This document shows positions 30,272-39,603 of a stretch of 64,000 nt of DNA, in pieces. This DNA is from Candidatus Latescibacterota bacterium (GTDB taxonomy: Bacteria > Latescibacterota > UBA2968 > GCA-2709665), in NCBI GenBank assembly GCA_965203805.1, contig OZ241917.1, forward strand, positions 2,496,001-2,560,000, read 5' to 3'. The translations under genes and the position numbers were made by a program. The notes beneath the pieces are model-generated. The model was not told the origin of the DNA and made no database searches. It saw only the letters and a program-made list of their open reading frames with translations. Position 1 is the first letter of the stretch. Every line of letters starts with the position of its first letter.

Positions 30272-32800
30272 TTAGCGAATGATGACCAGCTTGGCGCCCT
30301 TCACCTGTCCCTGGGATTCCGCCACCAGGGACTCGACGGTGACGAAATAGACGCCGAAGGTCAACTGTGTGATGTGCGTTCTGTTGAACTGGAAGAAGGC
30401 GGCTTCACCCTCTGTCTGCGAATCGTGGTCGATCTCGCCCACCAGGTCGCCGGCTACGGAGAAGATCCTGATCTTGGCCTTCCTGGGTACGTTCAGGATC
30501 CGGATCTTGGTAGAGCCCTCGTAGGTGTGCGGCGCCTCGGGGATGTAGGGGTTCGGCACGATGAGGATATCCTTTTCCAGCCGGTCCGCGCTTGCGGTGG
30601 GCACCTGCACCGGACTGTCCGGCGATTGCCCGGTTGGAGGCAGATAGTAGGTGGAAACGTCTCCGATGCCCGACTCGTACGCGCGGACGCCGCCCTCCAC
30701 CGTGGCGCCCGTTACCCGGCTGGCGAATCCGGTGTTGGCGCTCCCCTGGTAGGAGCGTACGGCGTAGTAGTACTGGAATCCCGCGAGCGACTCCGTGTCT
30801 TCGTACGAGTACTCCGCCGAACCGTTCGCCGGTACGTCCTGAATCATCTTCCAGAGACCGGGCTGGGTCTCGGACTGGTATACGCGGTAGCCCGCCACGT
30901 CGGATTGCCCGGTATCCGGGTTGTTCGACGTTTCCGGGTCGCCCTTCCAGGTAATCAGGTTACGGGCGTTCTCGGAAGAGGACACCATCGCGTCCACGTC
31001 CGGAGGCTGGTTGGGCAGGTCGTAACCCAACGCGTAGGCCTCCTTGGCCTTATTGAGGTGGTTGAGGAGGTTGGCGAACGCGGCGCCGTTCTCTTCCTTC
31101 TTGAGTTCGCTGGTGTCTCCCGACTTCTGATAGGCCCGGAAGTTCTCTGTAACCGGCGCGGCCGCCACGTAGGCAAACACGAACTTCACCTTCTGGCCGG
31201 GCGCCAGGTCATAGGGGCCGTAGGTTTCCAGCGGGGTGTAGCCCGCGGCGATGCCGTGCCTCCCCTCCCACTCCCAACTGGGGATGGGCATATACGGCAT
31301 GGGGCCGACCGGGACGTCCGGAATCGGGAGCAACGGCACGCCCAGGTTAGGATTTCCCGAGCCCCTGCTGGGACGTTCCAGCAGCGGCTCGTTGAAGTAG
31401 GAGGGGTCCGGCGTGCTGACCAGCATGTTGTAGAGCGTTTCGTGGTTCATTTCGTTCGGGTTCGGTTCGTCCGTGAGCAACCCGACGGCGGCCGCCGCGC
31501 TGGACGGATATCGGTACAGAAAATGAAAGAAGTTGTACGCGAACGGCTGCTCATCCACCTTCGGCGCCTCGTAGGTCTCCGGATCGCCCACGAATCCGTC
31601 CGTGGGGTCCACGTCTATAGGGGCCTTGCCGATCCATGCCGGCGACGTGATGTCCCCGACGCCGGTCAGGCTGGGGAAGGTGCATTGCGCGCACCTGTGT
31701 TCGGAGCGATACGGGTCTCCAACGTCGTCGGACAGCGGACCGGTAAGGCAGAAGTTGTCCCAGTCGTACTGGTAGGTCAGCCGCAGGCCGCGGGCGGATT
31801 CCGGGCCATCGTAGTTCGGAGACTCCGTATACTTGATCTTGTCGTCCTGGGAATTGTCCAGGGGTCCGAAATTGCTGCTGCACCCGTCTCCCGTGCCGTA
31901 GTCGGAATAGTACGCCCTGTAACTGACCCGGGAGACGCCCGCGGATGACGGCAGGAACCGGTGATGGAAGGAAAAATAGACGTTCGTGAGATTGTGCCCG
32001 CCGCCGGCGAGGTCGGACGCGCGATCGCCGTCGGTATCCCCGGTGTTCTCGAACACCCACTCGGTGATCACGAAATCGTCGTATTCCGGGTGGTTCCACG
32101 CAAAGGCCGCCTTCTCACCCGTAATGCCCAGCCCGGTGGTCCACTTGCTCAGAACGATGTCTTCAGGAAAATTGTCGGTGGAAACGTCGTTGTACTGGCC
32201 GATGCGGTAATTCAGGATTTCCCTGGGTTCCAGCGCATCCAGCTCCACCCCGGTGCCGGGCCACCAGTTGGCCATCGATCGCCCCGAATTGGGGCTGACC
32301 ACGTCGCTGCCCAGCCCCGCGTACTTGCCCCTGAAGTCCACGCTGGGATCCACCGCCATCGCCACGACGTCTTCGCTTTCTTCCATCGCCGATATGAGGG
32401 GGTTGGCCCAGCTCACCGCGGCCTCGCCGTTCACTTTGGTGGCGATCCACCATCCGTGGCCGCGGCCGTTGTGCGACGTCAGATCCACGTGCATGCTCCC
32501 GGCGCTGCGCTGTTCCCCGTAGTAGGCGGAAAAATCGTTCGTTCCGCCGCCCCCCCAGCTGATCAGCGCAAACCCCGGATAGGCCAGATCCAGATAGAGG
32601 CCGGCATAGTTCCCTTCCACCGGCCGAGCCCCCTCGGCGCCCGTGCTGAGAAAGCTGTGCCAGAGGGTGCCGCGCGCGAGGTGCCGGGGCGTCAGGGATT
32701 CACCGGCCAGGTTGGAGATGGTCGCCCGCTGGGCCTCGGCCGGACGCCAGAACGCGCCTGCGATCAGGAGTGCGCCTGTAATGATGTATATGCGTCTCAT
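30272..32800 (-). CDS. Secreted protein with FN3-like and C-terminal T9SS-sorting-like domain
   Basis: Signal peptide; GPYDLAPGQ, DVAGYRVY; C-terminal ILIVPNPY...IRILNVP...IRIFSVAGDLV...GVYF...KLVIIR. Confidence 0.75.
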   Translation of the reverse strand: MRRIYIITGALLIAGAFWRPAEAQRATISNLAGESLTPRHLARGTLWHSFLSTGAEGARPVEGNYAGLYLDLAYPGFALISWGGGGTNDFSAYYGEQRSAGSMHVDLTSHNGRGHGWWIATKVNGEAAVSWANPLISAMEESEDVVAMAVDPSVDFRGKYAGLGSDVVSPNSGRSMANWWPGTGVELDALEPREILNYRIGQYNDVSTDNFPEDIVLSKWTTGLGITGEKAAFAWNHPEYDDFVITEWVFENTGDTDGDRASDLAGGGHNLTNVYFSFHHRFLPSSAGVSRVSYRAYYSDYGTGDGCSSNFGPLDNSQDDKIKYTESPNYDGPESARGLRLTYQYDWDNFCLTGPLSDDVGDPYRSEHRCAQCTFPSLTGVGDITSPAWIGKAPIDVDPTDGFVGDPETYEAPKVDEQPFAYNFFHFLYRYPSSAAAAVGLLTDEPNPNEMNHETLYNMLVSTPDPSYFNEPLLERPSRGSGNPNLGVPLLPIPDVPVGPMPYMPIPSWEWEGRHGIAAGYTPLETYGPYDLAPGQKVKFVFAYVAAAPVTENFRAYQKSGDTSELKKEENGAAFANLLNHLNKAKEAYALGYDLPNQPPDVDAMVSSSENARNLITWKGDPETSNNPDTGQSDVAGYRVYQSETQPGLWKMIQDVPANGSAEYSYEDTESLAGFQYYYAVRSYQGSANTGFASRVTGATVEGGVRAYESGIGDVSTYYLPPTGQSPDSPVQVPTASADRLEKDILIVPNPYIPEAPHTYEGSTKIRILNVPRKAKIRIFSVAGDLVGEIDHDSQTEGEAAFFQFNRTHITQLTFGVYFVTVESLVAESQGQVKGAKLVIIR

Positions 32801-32861
32801 TGATTTTCTCCCCGCCTGATTGCGCCGGGGCAACCGCGCCGCCCCGGCGTCAGATACATAC

Positions 32862-35800
32862 CTAGAAACCGATCCGCACGCCCATATTCACGTACCTCGG
32901 CGTTCCGCCGCGCCTGAAGTTGGAGTCGCCGTATTTCAGGTAATTCGTGTCGTTTGGTGTGGGCTTCTTCAGGCCCCAGCGGACGTAATTGGAGCCGGAG
33001 GATGGGTCGTAAAACGTGTTGAACAGGTTAAACACCTCGGCGTAGATCGTGGGAGTGGTTGCCCCGATACGGAACGACTTCTGGATATTGAAGTCCGTCC
33101 GCACGAAAACGGGCCGGTTGCGGGCGGTCTGCACACTCGTGCCCGGCAGGGTGATCTGGAACTGCCGCCCGTTGTCCAGCCGCCAGACGACGTTGGCCTG
33201 GATGCCGCCCAGGATCTTTGCGCCGCCAATGGGTTCTCCGGGGCCCCAGTCCATCGGCGTGGACCACAGGAACTGGAAGGAAGCGTTCGTGGTCGGGGGC
33301 TGCCCGCGGAAGGCATCGACCTGGCGCCAGACGTCCTCGAACCAGAGGTTCTGCATCTCCTGCTTCTCCGATTCGCTCAGGCCGGGATATTCATGCCAGG
33401 GGCGTATCGCATCGATTCGGTTTGTTCCCCACGACCCGACGAACGTGGTCCCGTCTGCATGCTTTTTCCGGATCACCTCGTTCGCCCTGTGGCCGATCGA
33501 CCGGATTTCTTCGTCGGTCAGCCGCACGATTTCGTCGTTTGCATCAACCATAAAGTACTTCGAACTGGCAATGTAATTGGAGTCCGGGTACGTATTGATG
33601 ACAAGCTGGGAGCCGCCCGACCAGTTGAACAGCGCCCAACTCACGTCGAGCCCCACCCTGAAGGAGAAATTGTGAGAAAAGGCCTTGGTGAAGCCCATCT
33701 CGATTCCCTTGGTCTCAAGGCGGGCGTTGGGACCCCTGTGGCCGACGTAGGTAAGGGTCTGCACCGGGTCCCGGAAATAATGTACGCCCCCGGAACCCAC
33801 ACGCTCGGTCCGGCGGTAGTAGGTGGAAAGCTCCATCACAAAGTCGCTGACGAAGTTCCACTCCCCGGTCACCTCGAACTCGGCGGTATTCGGCAGCCCG
33901 CCCGGATTCTGGTATCCGCCGTCCAGACGCCACTGCCCGCCCCCGATCCAGTTCAGATCGTACCAGACGTCATCCAGTTCGGGGTGGTTCTCCGCGTCGG
34001 ACGTGGTCCAGGGCTCCAGCCACAGCAGCGAAAACTGCGGGGGTTTGTAGTACACACCGTATGAGTACCGCACGGTGGACCGATCCGTGATCGGGTGGGA
34101 CAGGCCGATACGCGGCGACAGGCTCGTCATCGGCCGGGTCTTCGCCAGCGGCACCCGCCCCGTGCGCCAGGCCTTGTAGGTCCTCCAGCCCGGCAATGTC
34201 TTCATGAAACCGGACAACGTCCGCTCGGGCCCGCCCCAGAAGCTGTCGAAGCGCAGGCCGGCGTGCAGCACCAGTCCCTGGAATTCCAGCTTCTCGTCCA
34301 CGTAGGCCGCCAGCCGGTTTACCGTATACCGCTTGCCCGGCTCGCTGTTCCCTGCCATGATCTTTATCGTGGCGTTGGTCGCGCTGGACCGGTTGTAGTC
34401 CCAGTTGAGGTTGTTCATGTTCTGAAAAACGAAACCGGCCTTGAACAGGTTCCGCCGGGTCAGCTGCCCGGTGAAGTCATAGCGGAAGTTGTACCGTTGA
34501 TTGTCTTCCACCACGATGCGCCGGCGGTCCCGGTCTATATTGAACTGGCCAAGCTTGTCTCTTCGCCAGGACGTCGTCGTGGCGTCGACGTCTTCGCCCG
34601 GATCGGTCTTCGTACCGTAGTAACCCACCTGGAACTCGTGGAACATCCGGGGGTTGATGCTCTGCGTGCCCGTTACGTAGAAGATCCGGTTGACCCGGTT
34701 CTGCTGGTACCCCGTCGTTCCGTTGAGAAGGAAGAGGTTGCCCCCGACCGAACGGTTGGCGTCGCCGAAGAAGGTGGGTTCGTTGGACTGGTTGAAGCCC
34801 ACCTTGACCTTGAGGTTGGGCGACGGAGTAAAGCTGATTTTCCCGAAGATGCTGTGCTGGCGCAGCCCCGTCAGCGTGGGCGCGGGCAGGTTGATTTTGG
34901 CGCGGCTGGTCCTCCCGCTCACTACGAACGTGGCGTTATCGCCGAGCGGTCCGGTGACCCAGCCTTCCACGAGGTGCCCGACGGAACTCTCGTAGTCCTG
35001 CTTGACGTGGATCAGCTGTCCTGTGTCCGGATCTTTCTCGTTCACCCATTCGGAGTTGTTCCACTGCAGCCTGTCGCGCCAGTACCCGTTCGCCCCGCCC
35101 CGCTGCCCCGGCGTGGCGTCGTACACGTTGGGACCGCGGTGCCGCTTGCCGGGCAATTCCACCCGGAGGTCGAGGCCGCCGCGGTAGATCCGCGTGCCCT
35201 CCCTGCTGATGATGTTCACCACGCCCGCCGGCGACGAGGCCTGCGAGGCGTCCGCGCCGCCCCTGACCAGCCCCATTTCACCGACGGCGGTTACCGGCAG
35301 GTTCGTATACTGCCGGACACCCGTCTGCTGCGACGTGTCCAGATTCATCAACTCGATGCCGTCGAACGTCCAGGTCTGCGCGGCGCGCATCGAATAATAG
35401 CTCATATGCCGGATGCGGACGCCGTTGCCGGGACTGTCGTTCACGTTCGTGCCCACGGCGTACTGCAGGTGTTCTTTGACGCCCCTGATGATGGGTACCT
35501 GTTCGATTTCCTGCGAGGAGATCTTCGTCTCGCTGGAGGTCCGGTCCACCTCCACGAGGGGCCGCTCCGCCCTGACCACAATCTCCGCGGCTTCCAGCGC
35601 CGATTCCCGGAGCGTGAAATCGGACACGGTTGTCAAGCCGGCGGCCACCCTGACACGCTCCCGCACCACCGCTTCGTAACCGACCATCGATGCCTTCAGA
35701 GTATAGAACCCGGGCTCGACACCGATGATGGCGTAATACCCGTCGCTGTCGGACGTCGCTCCGAAACGCGTCCCGTCGACCACCACGTTGGCTCCCGGCA

Positions 35801-35924
35801 GGGCGCCGCCGTCGGCATCGGTCACCTGTCCGGCAATCTTGCCGTAGAAGGTCTGGGTCCGCGCCGGCCCGACAAGCAGGCATAACGCCGCAATTGTGCC
35901 CAAAACCATAAATCCACGCTTCAT
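32862..35924 (-). CDS. TonB-dependent receptor with carboxypeptidase-regulatory-like N-domain
   Basis: GKIAGQVTD...LPGANV, plug region GVVNII, LSPRIG, NLFN, terminal PRYVNMGVRIGF; AAGGAG SD. Confidence 0.9.
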   Translation of the reverse strand: MKRGFMVLGTIAALCLLVGPARTQTFYGKIAGQVTDADGGALPGANVVVDGTRFGATSDSDGYYAIIGVEPGFYTLKASMVGYEAVVRERVRVAAGLTTVSDFTLRESALEAAEIVVRAERPLVEVDRTSSETKISSQEIEQVPIIRGVKEHLQYAVGTNVNDSPGNGVRIRHMSYYSMRAAQTWTFDGIELMNLDTSQQTGVRQYTNLPVTAVGEMGLVRGGADASQASSPAGVVNIISREGTRIYRGGLDLRVELPGKRHRGPNVYDATPGQRGGANGYWRDRLQWNNSEWVNEKDPDTGQLIHVKQDYESSVGHLVEGWVTGPLGDNATFVVSGRTSRAKINLPAPTLTGLRQHSIFGKISFTPSPNLKVKVGFNQSNEPTFFGDANRSVGGNLFLLNGTTGYQQNRVNRIFYVTGTQSINPRMFHEFQVGYYGTKTDPGEDVDATTTSWRRDKLGQFNIDRDRRRIVVEDNQRYNFRYDFTGQLTRRNLFKAGFVFQNMNNLNWDYNRSSATNATIKIMAGNSEPGKRYTVNRLAAYVDEKLEFQGLVLHAGLRFDSFWGGPERTLSGFMKTLPGWRTYKAWRTGRVPLAKTRPMTSLSPRIGLSHPITDRSTVRYSYGVYYKPPQFSLLWLEPWTTSDAENHPELDDVWYDLNWIGGGQWRLDGGYQNPGGLPNTAEFEVTGEWNFVSDFVMELSTYYRRTERVGSGGVHYFRDPVQTLTYVGHRGPNARLETKGIEMGFTKAFSHNFSFRVGLDVSWALFNWSGGSQLVINTYPDSNYIASSKYFMVDANDEIVRLTDEEIRSIGHRANEVIRKKHADGTTFVGSWGTNRIDAIRPWHEYPGLSESEKQEMQNLWFEDVWRQVDAFRGQPPTTNASFQFLWSTPMDWGPGEPIGGAKILGGIQANVVWRLDNGRQFQITLPGTSVQTARNRPVFVRTDFNIQKSFRIGATTPTIYAEVFNLFNTFYDPSSGSNYVRWGLKKPTPNDTNYLKYGDSNFRRGGTPRYVNMGVRIGF

Positions 35925-36016
35925 ACGCCAACTCCTTGGCTGAAGTACCTTTCTACCATCCCGCCGGCCAACGCCCGTTCACCTGCGCTGACGGATCGGA
36001 AATGTGGATTGAAAAC

Positions 36017-36067
36017 TCAGTGTGCGCTTTCACCGCCGAAGTACTCTCGCTCTGTGATCCTTGCCAT
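36017..36067 (-). CDS. Putative small ORF, MARITEREYFGGESAH
   Basis: GGAGG 7 nt upstream of ATG at 36067, TGA at 36017-36019, lying in the leader of the TonB-dependent receptor gene. Confidence 0.3.
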   Translation of the reverse strand: MARITEREYFGGESAH

Positions 36068-36139
36068 AGGCAGGCCTCCACGTCGATGAACCGGTTAAAA
36101 TGGAATCAGGGAGTTTCGATAAGGCGTCCGGTGACGAAA

Positions 36140-36805
36140 TCATCCGGCGGCGCCGAAGTCTCCGGCGAACGCGATAAAGTCGTGAAAATCCACGGCGCCG
36201 TTTGCATTCAGGTCGAATATCGGATTGAATTCAACGTCACCCCGGCTCGCGCCGAATGCCGCGGCAAAGCTCGAGAAGTCCGCAAAGTCAACCTTGCCGT
36301 CCGCGTTGAAGTCCGACCTGAGGCGCGAAACCACCGGAACGCTGCCGAAGATGCCGGGGTTGCTGAGAGAAAGCAGCCGGCCGGGCGCCGGGTCCCCCGG
36401 ACGCCAGGCGCCCGCCGGATCCCCGAGTTCCATTCCGTTCGTGAATCCGTCCCGGTCCGAGTCCAACTGCGCGAGGCTCGGCCCCCACACCACGTTTCCG
36501 GAATAACCCGCCTCGGACAGGAACCCCTTGCGGACGGTCACGCCGAAGGCATTCAGCGGGCCGCCTCCGCCGGTATACGCGTGGCAACTGGCGCAGATCT
36601 CGTCGCCTTCGTTGGTCGCTTCATGCGTCGATTCCGAGAGGGGTATGTCCAGCCTGGTGGTCGTCCGACCCCGGTCGACGTGGCAGGTGCGGCAGCGGGC
36701 CGCGTTGGCGTTGGGGACCTGAAACACCCGTTTCGGCCGCGACTCCGCTCCCCAGCACACCGCGAGGACGACGATCAGAACAACCGCTGAGGTCCGGGTG
36801 TTCAT
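36140..36805 (-). CDS. Secreted c-type cytochrome-motif protein with temptin-like segment and dockerin/EF-hand tail
   Basis: Signal peptide; CRTCH and CASCH; GGGPLNAFG...DSDRDGFTNGMELGDP; paired DFNADGKVDFADF/DLNANGAVDFHDF. Confidence 0.75.
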   Translation of the reverse strand: MNTRTSAVVLIVVLAVCWGAESRPKRVFQVPNANAARCRTCHVDRGRTTTRLDIPLSESTHEATNEGDEICASCHAYTGGGGPLNAFGVTVRKGFLSEAGYSGNVVWGPSLAQLDSDRDGFTNGMELGDPAGAWRPGDPAPGRLLSLSNPGIFGSVPVVSRLRSDFNADGKVDFADFSSFAAAFGASRGDVEFNPIFDLNANGAVDFHDFIAFAGDFGAAG

Positions 36806-37549
36806 TTAACGCATGAAATACTTGATTCCGACCATCAGGTTGAAACTGAAAATCGGAAACGTCTTCTTCAGGTCCCAGTCTTCGTAGGGCCGCAATTCGC
36901 CCATCGATACGTTCCAGCGGACCCTGAAGTCCACGAGGAACTGATCGGAGGTGCGGCGGTAGAACCCCAGCCCCGTGTTGATCGACAGCGCCACGTCCTC
37001 GTCCACCGTGGTTTCCACCATGCCCTGCGCATCCGTCCGGATCTGTTCGCCCACCTGCCCCGGCCAGATCAGACCCGACACTTCGTGGGTATACCTCAGG
37101 AACCCGATGCCGGCGGCAATGTATGGAACGCTCTGCCCGGTCCGGTCGGGCTTGAATGAACGCAAACCGTTGACCACGATGCCGCCGATCCACATATTCG
37201 CCTGGGCGCCGGGACTCTTCACCAGGGAACCGCTCGCGGACCCCAGTCCGTTGTGCCAGGTGAACTGGCGGTCGGAGAGACCGGCGTCCGAAAGCGGCGA
37301 GTACGTGACTTCGACTTCCGTCATCGTTCGGTCGGACACCTGGTACGTGAGTTGTCCGATGAAAGCCGGCGAGATATTGTACCACCCCTTGAGCGGCCCG
37401 GCCGGGCGCAACATGGACCCGTGTACGCCGAGCGCATAGCGCAATTCCTGCGCCTCTGTCTTCGCCGTGGGCATCAGGCCGAATCCGAAAACCAGAGATA
37501 CGCCCAGGACCGCGCTGAGCGACATCCTGAATCTCCCGGTTGCTCTCAT
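36806..37549 (-). CDS. Outer-membrane beta-barrel protein
   Basis: Signal peptide, amphipathic strands, PYIAAGIG, C-terminal VGIKYF; AAGGAGG SD before ATG at 37549. Confidence 0.75.
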   Translation of the reverse strand: MRATGRFRMSLSAVLGVSLVFGFGLMPTAKTEAQELRYALGVHGSMLRPAGPLKGWYNISPAFIGQLTYQVSDRTMTEVEVTYSPLSDAGLSDRQFTWHNGLGSASGSLVKSPGAQANMWIGGIVVNGLRSFKPDRTGQSVPYIAAGIGFLRYTHEVSGLIWPGQVGEQIRTDAQGMVETTVDEDVALSINTGLGFYRRTSDQFLVDFRVRWNVSMGELRPYEDWDLKKTFPIFSFNLMVGIKYFMR

Positions 37550-37817
37550 AACAGCGAACCTCCTTTCCCACTGCGGCAATGAAAGTACCGTTCTGACTGC
37601 GCAATCGAGGGAAGCATCGGCCATTGCAGACCGGCCGGCGGAATTCGAAAATGCGCGAATTTATACCTCCCCGAATATTGAATATAACTCCGCCTAAACA
37701 CGAATCCAAGAGAAAAATTCGTTGCACGAAGTACGGTCCGTCACGTCTTTTTCGGTTGCGCGCGTCCCGTGCGCGAAAGTATCTTCTGCTTCCGCGAACG
37801 CGGGTCTACCCGACGGA

Positions 37818-39572
37818 ATGAACCCCCTCAACAGGATGGTCCCGATGGATCGGCCTGGAAGGCGCGCGAGGAAGGTCGCCTTCTTCCTGGCGCCCCTCTT
37901 CGCAGCCTGGCTGGCGACCGGCAGCTCAGACGCCGCGACCGGGATATCGCCTGAAGCGCGCGACGCGCTCGAGGCGGGTCTGGCCCACGCGGGCGCCGGG
38001 CGGATGGGAGAAGCTTCACGGGCATTGGCCCGGGCGGCGGAACTGGCGCCGGAATCGGCGGAGGTGTGGCACAACTTCGGCATCCTGAGCGCGCAGATGG
38101 GCCGGCTGGACGACGCCGCGGAAATGCTGCAGCGCGCGGCCCGTCTGGAGCCCGATTACCGGGACACCCACATTGTCCTGGGCGCCGTGTACCAGCGAAT
38201 GGGCCGATTGACAATGGCCGAACGCGCATATCGGCGCGCCGCGGAGCTGGCGCCAACCCTGCCGGACGCGCACCGCGCCCTGGGACTCCTCGCCGTGGCC
38301 CGGAACGACCTTCCGGCGGCCGCCGCGGCGTTCAGACGCGCCGCGGACCTGGTTCCACGTAACGCCGAGCTTCAATACAGGCTTGGCGCGGTCGAGTTGA
38401 AGCGGGGCAACGGCGGGATCGGGGAGGCAGCCCTGAAACGCGCGGTATCGCTGGACCCCAAACTCGTGCCGGCCTGGCTGGAACTGGCGGCTCACTACAA
38501 ACGCCTGCTCTACCTGGACAGGGCGCTGGAAGCGTTTCGCCGCGCGGTTGCCCTCGACCCCGCCTCTTCGACCGCATGGCAGGGGCTGGGCGACGTTGAA
38601 GCCGCCACGGGCAATGCCTCGCGCGCCGCCGACGCCTTCCGGAGAGCTGAAGCGGCAGACCCTTCGAACCAGGACGCGTCCTTTCTGCTGGGCAGGGCGC
38701 TGTTGCTTCTGGGAAAGACCCGGGAGGCCGTTCCGGCGCTTCAGCGGGCGATCCGTCTGGCGCCTGATTTCCCGGATGCGCGTTCGGCCCTTGCAGAGGC
38801 ATTCGCGGCTATGGGGGAGGATCGAAAGGCAGTCGAGGCGTACCGCGAGGCCCTGCGGTACGCGCCGGCGCACCCGAGCGCCAATTTCGGCCTTGGCGAC
38901 GTGTTGCTCAAGCTCGGCCGCCCGGCCGAATCCGAGGCGGCGTTCCGACGCGCCATTGCTCTCAACCCGGATCATGCCAGGGCCCGTTACGGCCTGGGGC
39001 GCGCCTGCATGCTTCAGGGGCGGACTGATGAAGGAAGACGGGAACTGGAGGAATTCGAGCGGCTGTCGAGAGAAGGGCAGAAACTGGACGTGCTGGAACG
39101 GGCGGCGATACGCAACCCTGAAGACCCCGGACTGCACGATCGCCTCGGGCGGATCTACGCCGCTCGTGGTCGCACGAGGGAAGCCGTCGCCGCATTCGGC
39201 CGGGCCGTGGATCGGGACAGCACGTTCATCGGCGCGCAGGTCGGGTTGGCCGCGGCTGCCGCGGAAACCGGCGACCTGGGTTCCGCCGAGCGGGCGCTGA
39301 AACGGGTCGTGCGGCTGTCCCCGTCGCCGCGCTACTTCCTCGCGCTGGGCGCGGTACACGAACGCCAGCGGCGCTGGCGGGAGGCGACGGCCGCGTTCGA
39401 GCAGGCGATTCGACGGGACGCAACCCTCGTCGCGGCGTACAGGTCGCTGGCCGCGCTCTACGAAAGATCCGGACGGACCGACGCGGCGAGGCGCGCGCTG
39501 AAGCGCGTCCTGGCGCTCGACGCGTCGGACGCGGACGCCATCGCGAACCTCTCCCGCCTCGAAAAGAAGTGA
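37818..39572 (+). CDS. Tetratricopeptide repeat protein
   Basis: Many consecutive TPR-type repeats (e.g. AFRRAIALNPDHARARYGLG) after a signal-like segment. Start uncertain (37722-37845). Confidence 0.85.
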   Translation: MNPLNRMVPMDRPGRRARKVAFFLAPLFAAWLATGSSDAATGISPEARDALEAGLAHAGAGRMGEASRALARAAELAPESAEVWHNFGILSAQMGRLDDAAEMLQRAARLEPDYRDTHIVLGAVYQRMGRLTMAERAYRRAAELAPTLPDAHRALGLLAVARNDLPAAAAAFRRAADLVPRNAELQYRLGAVELKRGNGGIGEAALKRAVSLDPKLVPAWLELAAHYKRLLYLDRALEAFRRAVALDPASSTAWQGLGDVEAATGNASRAADAFRRAEAADPSNQDASFLLGRALLLLGKTREAVPALQRAIRLAPDFPDARSALAEAFAAMGEDRKAVEAYREALRYAPAHPSANFGLGDVLLKLGRPAESEAAFRRAIALNPDHARARYGLGRACMLQGRTDEGRRELEEFERLSREGQKLDVLERAAIRNPEDPGLHDRLGRIYAARGRTREAVAAFGRAVDRDSTFIGAQVGLAAAAAETGDLGSAERALKRVVRLSPSPRYFLALGAVHERQRRWREATAAFEQAIRRDATLVAAYRSLAALYERSGRTDAARRALKRVLALDASDADAIANLSRLEKK

Positions 39573-39603
39573 TCGGCGCTGCCGGTTCCGGGATCGACCC
39601 CGG

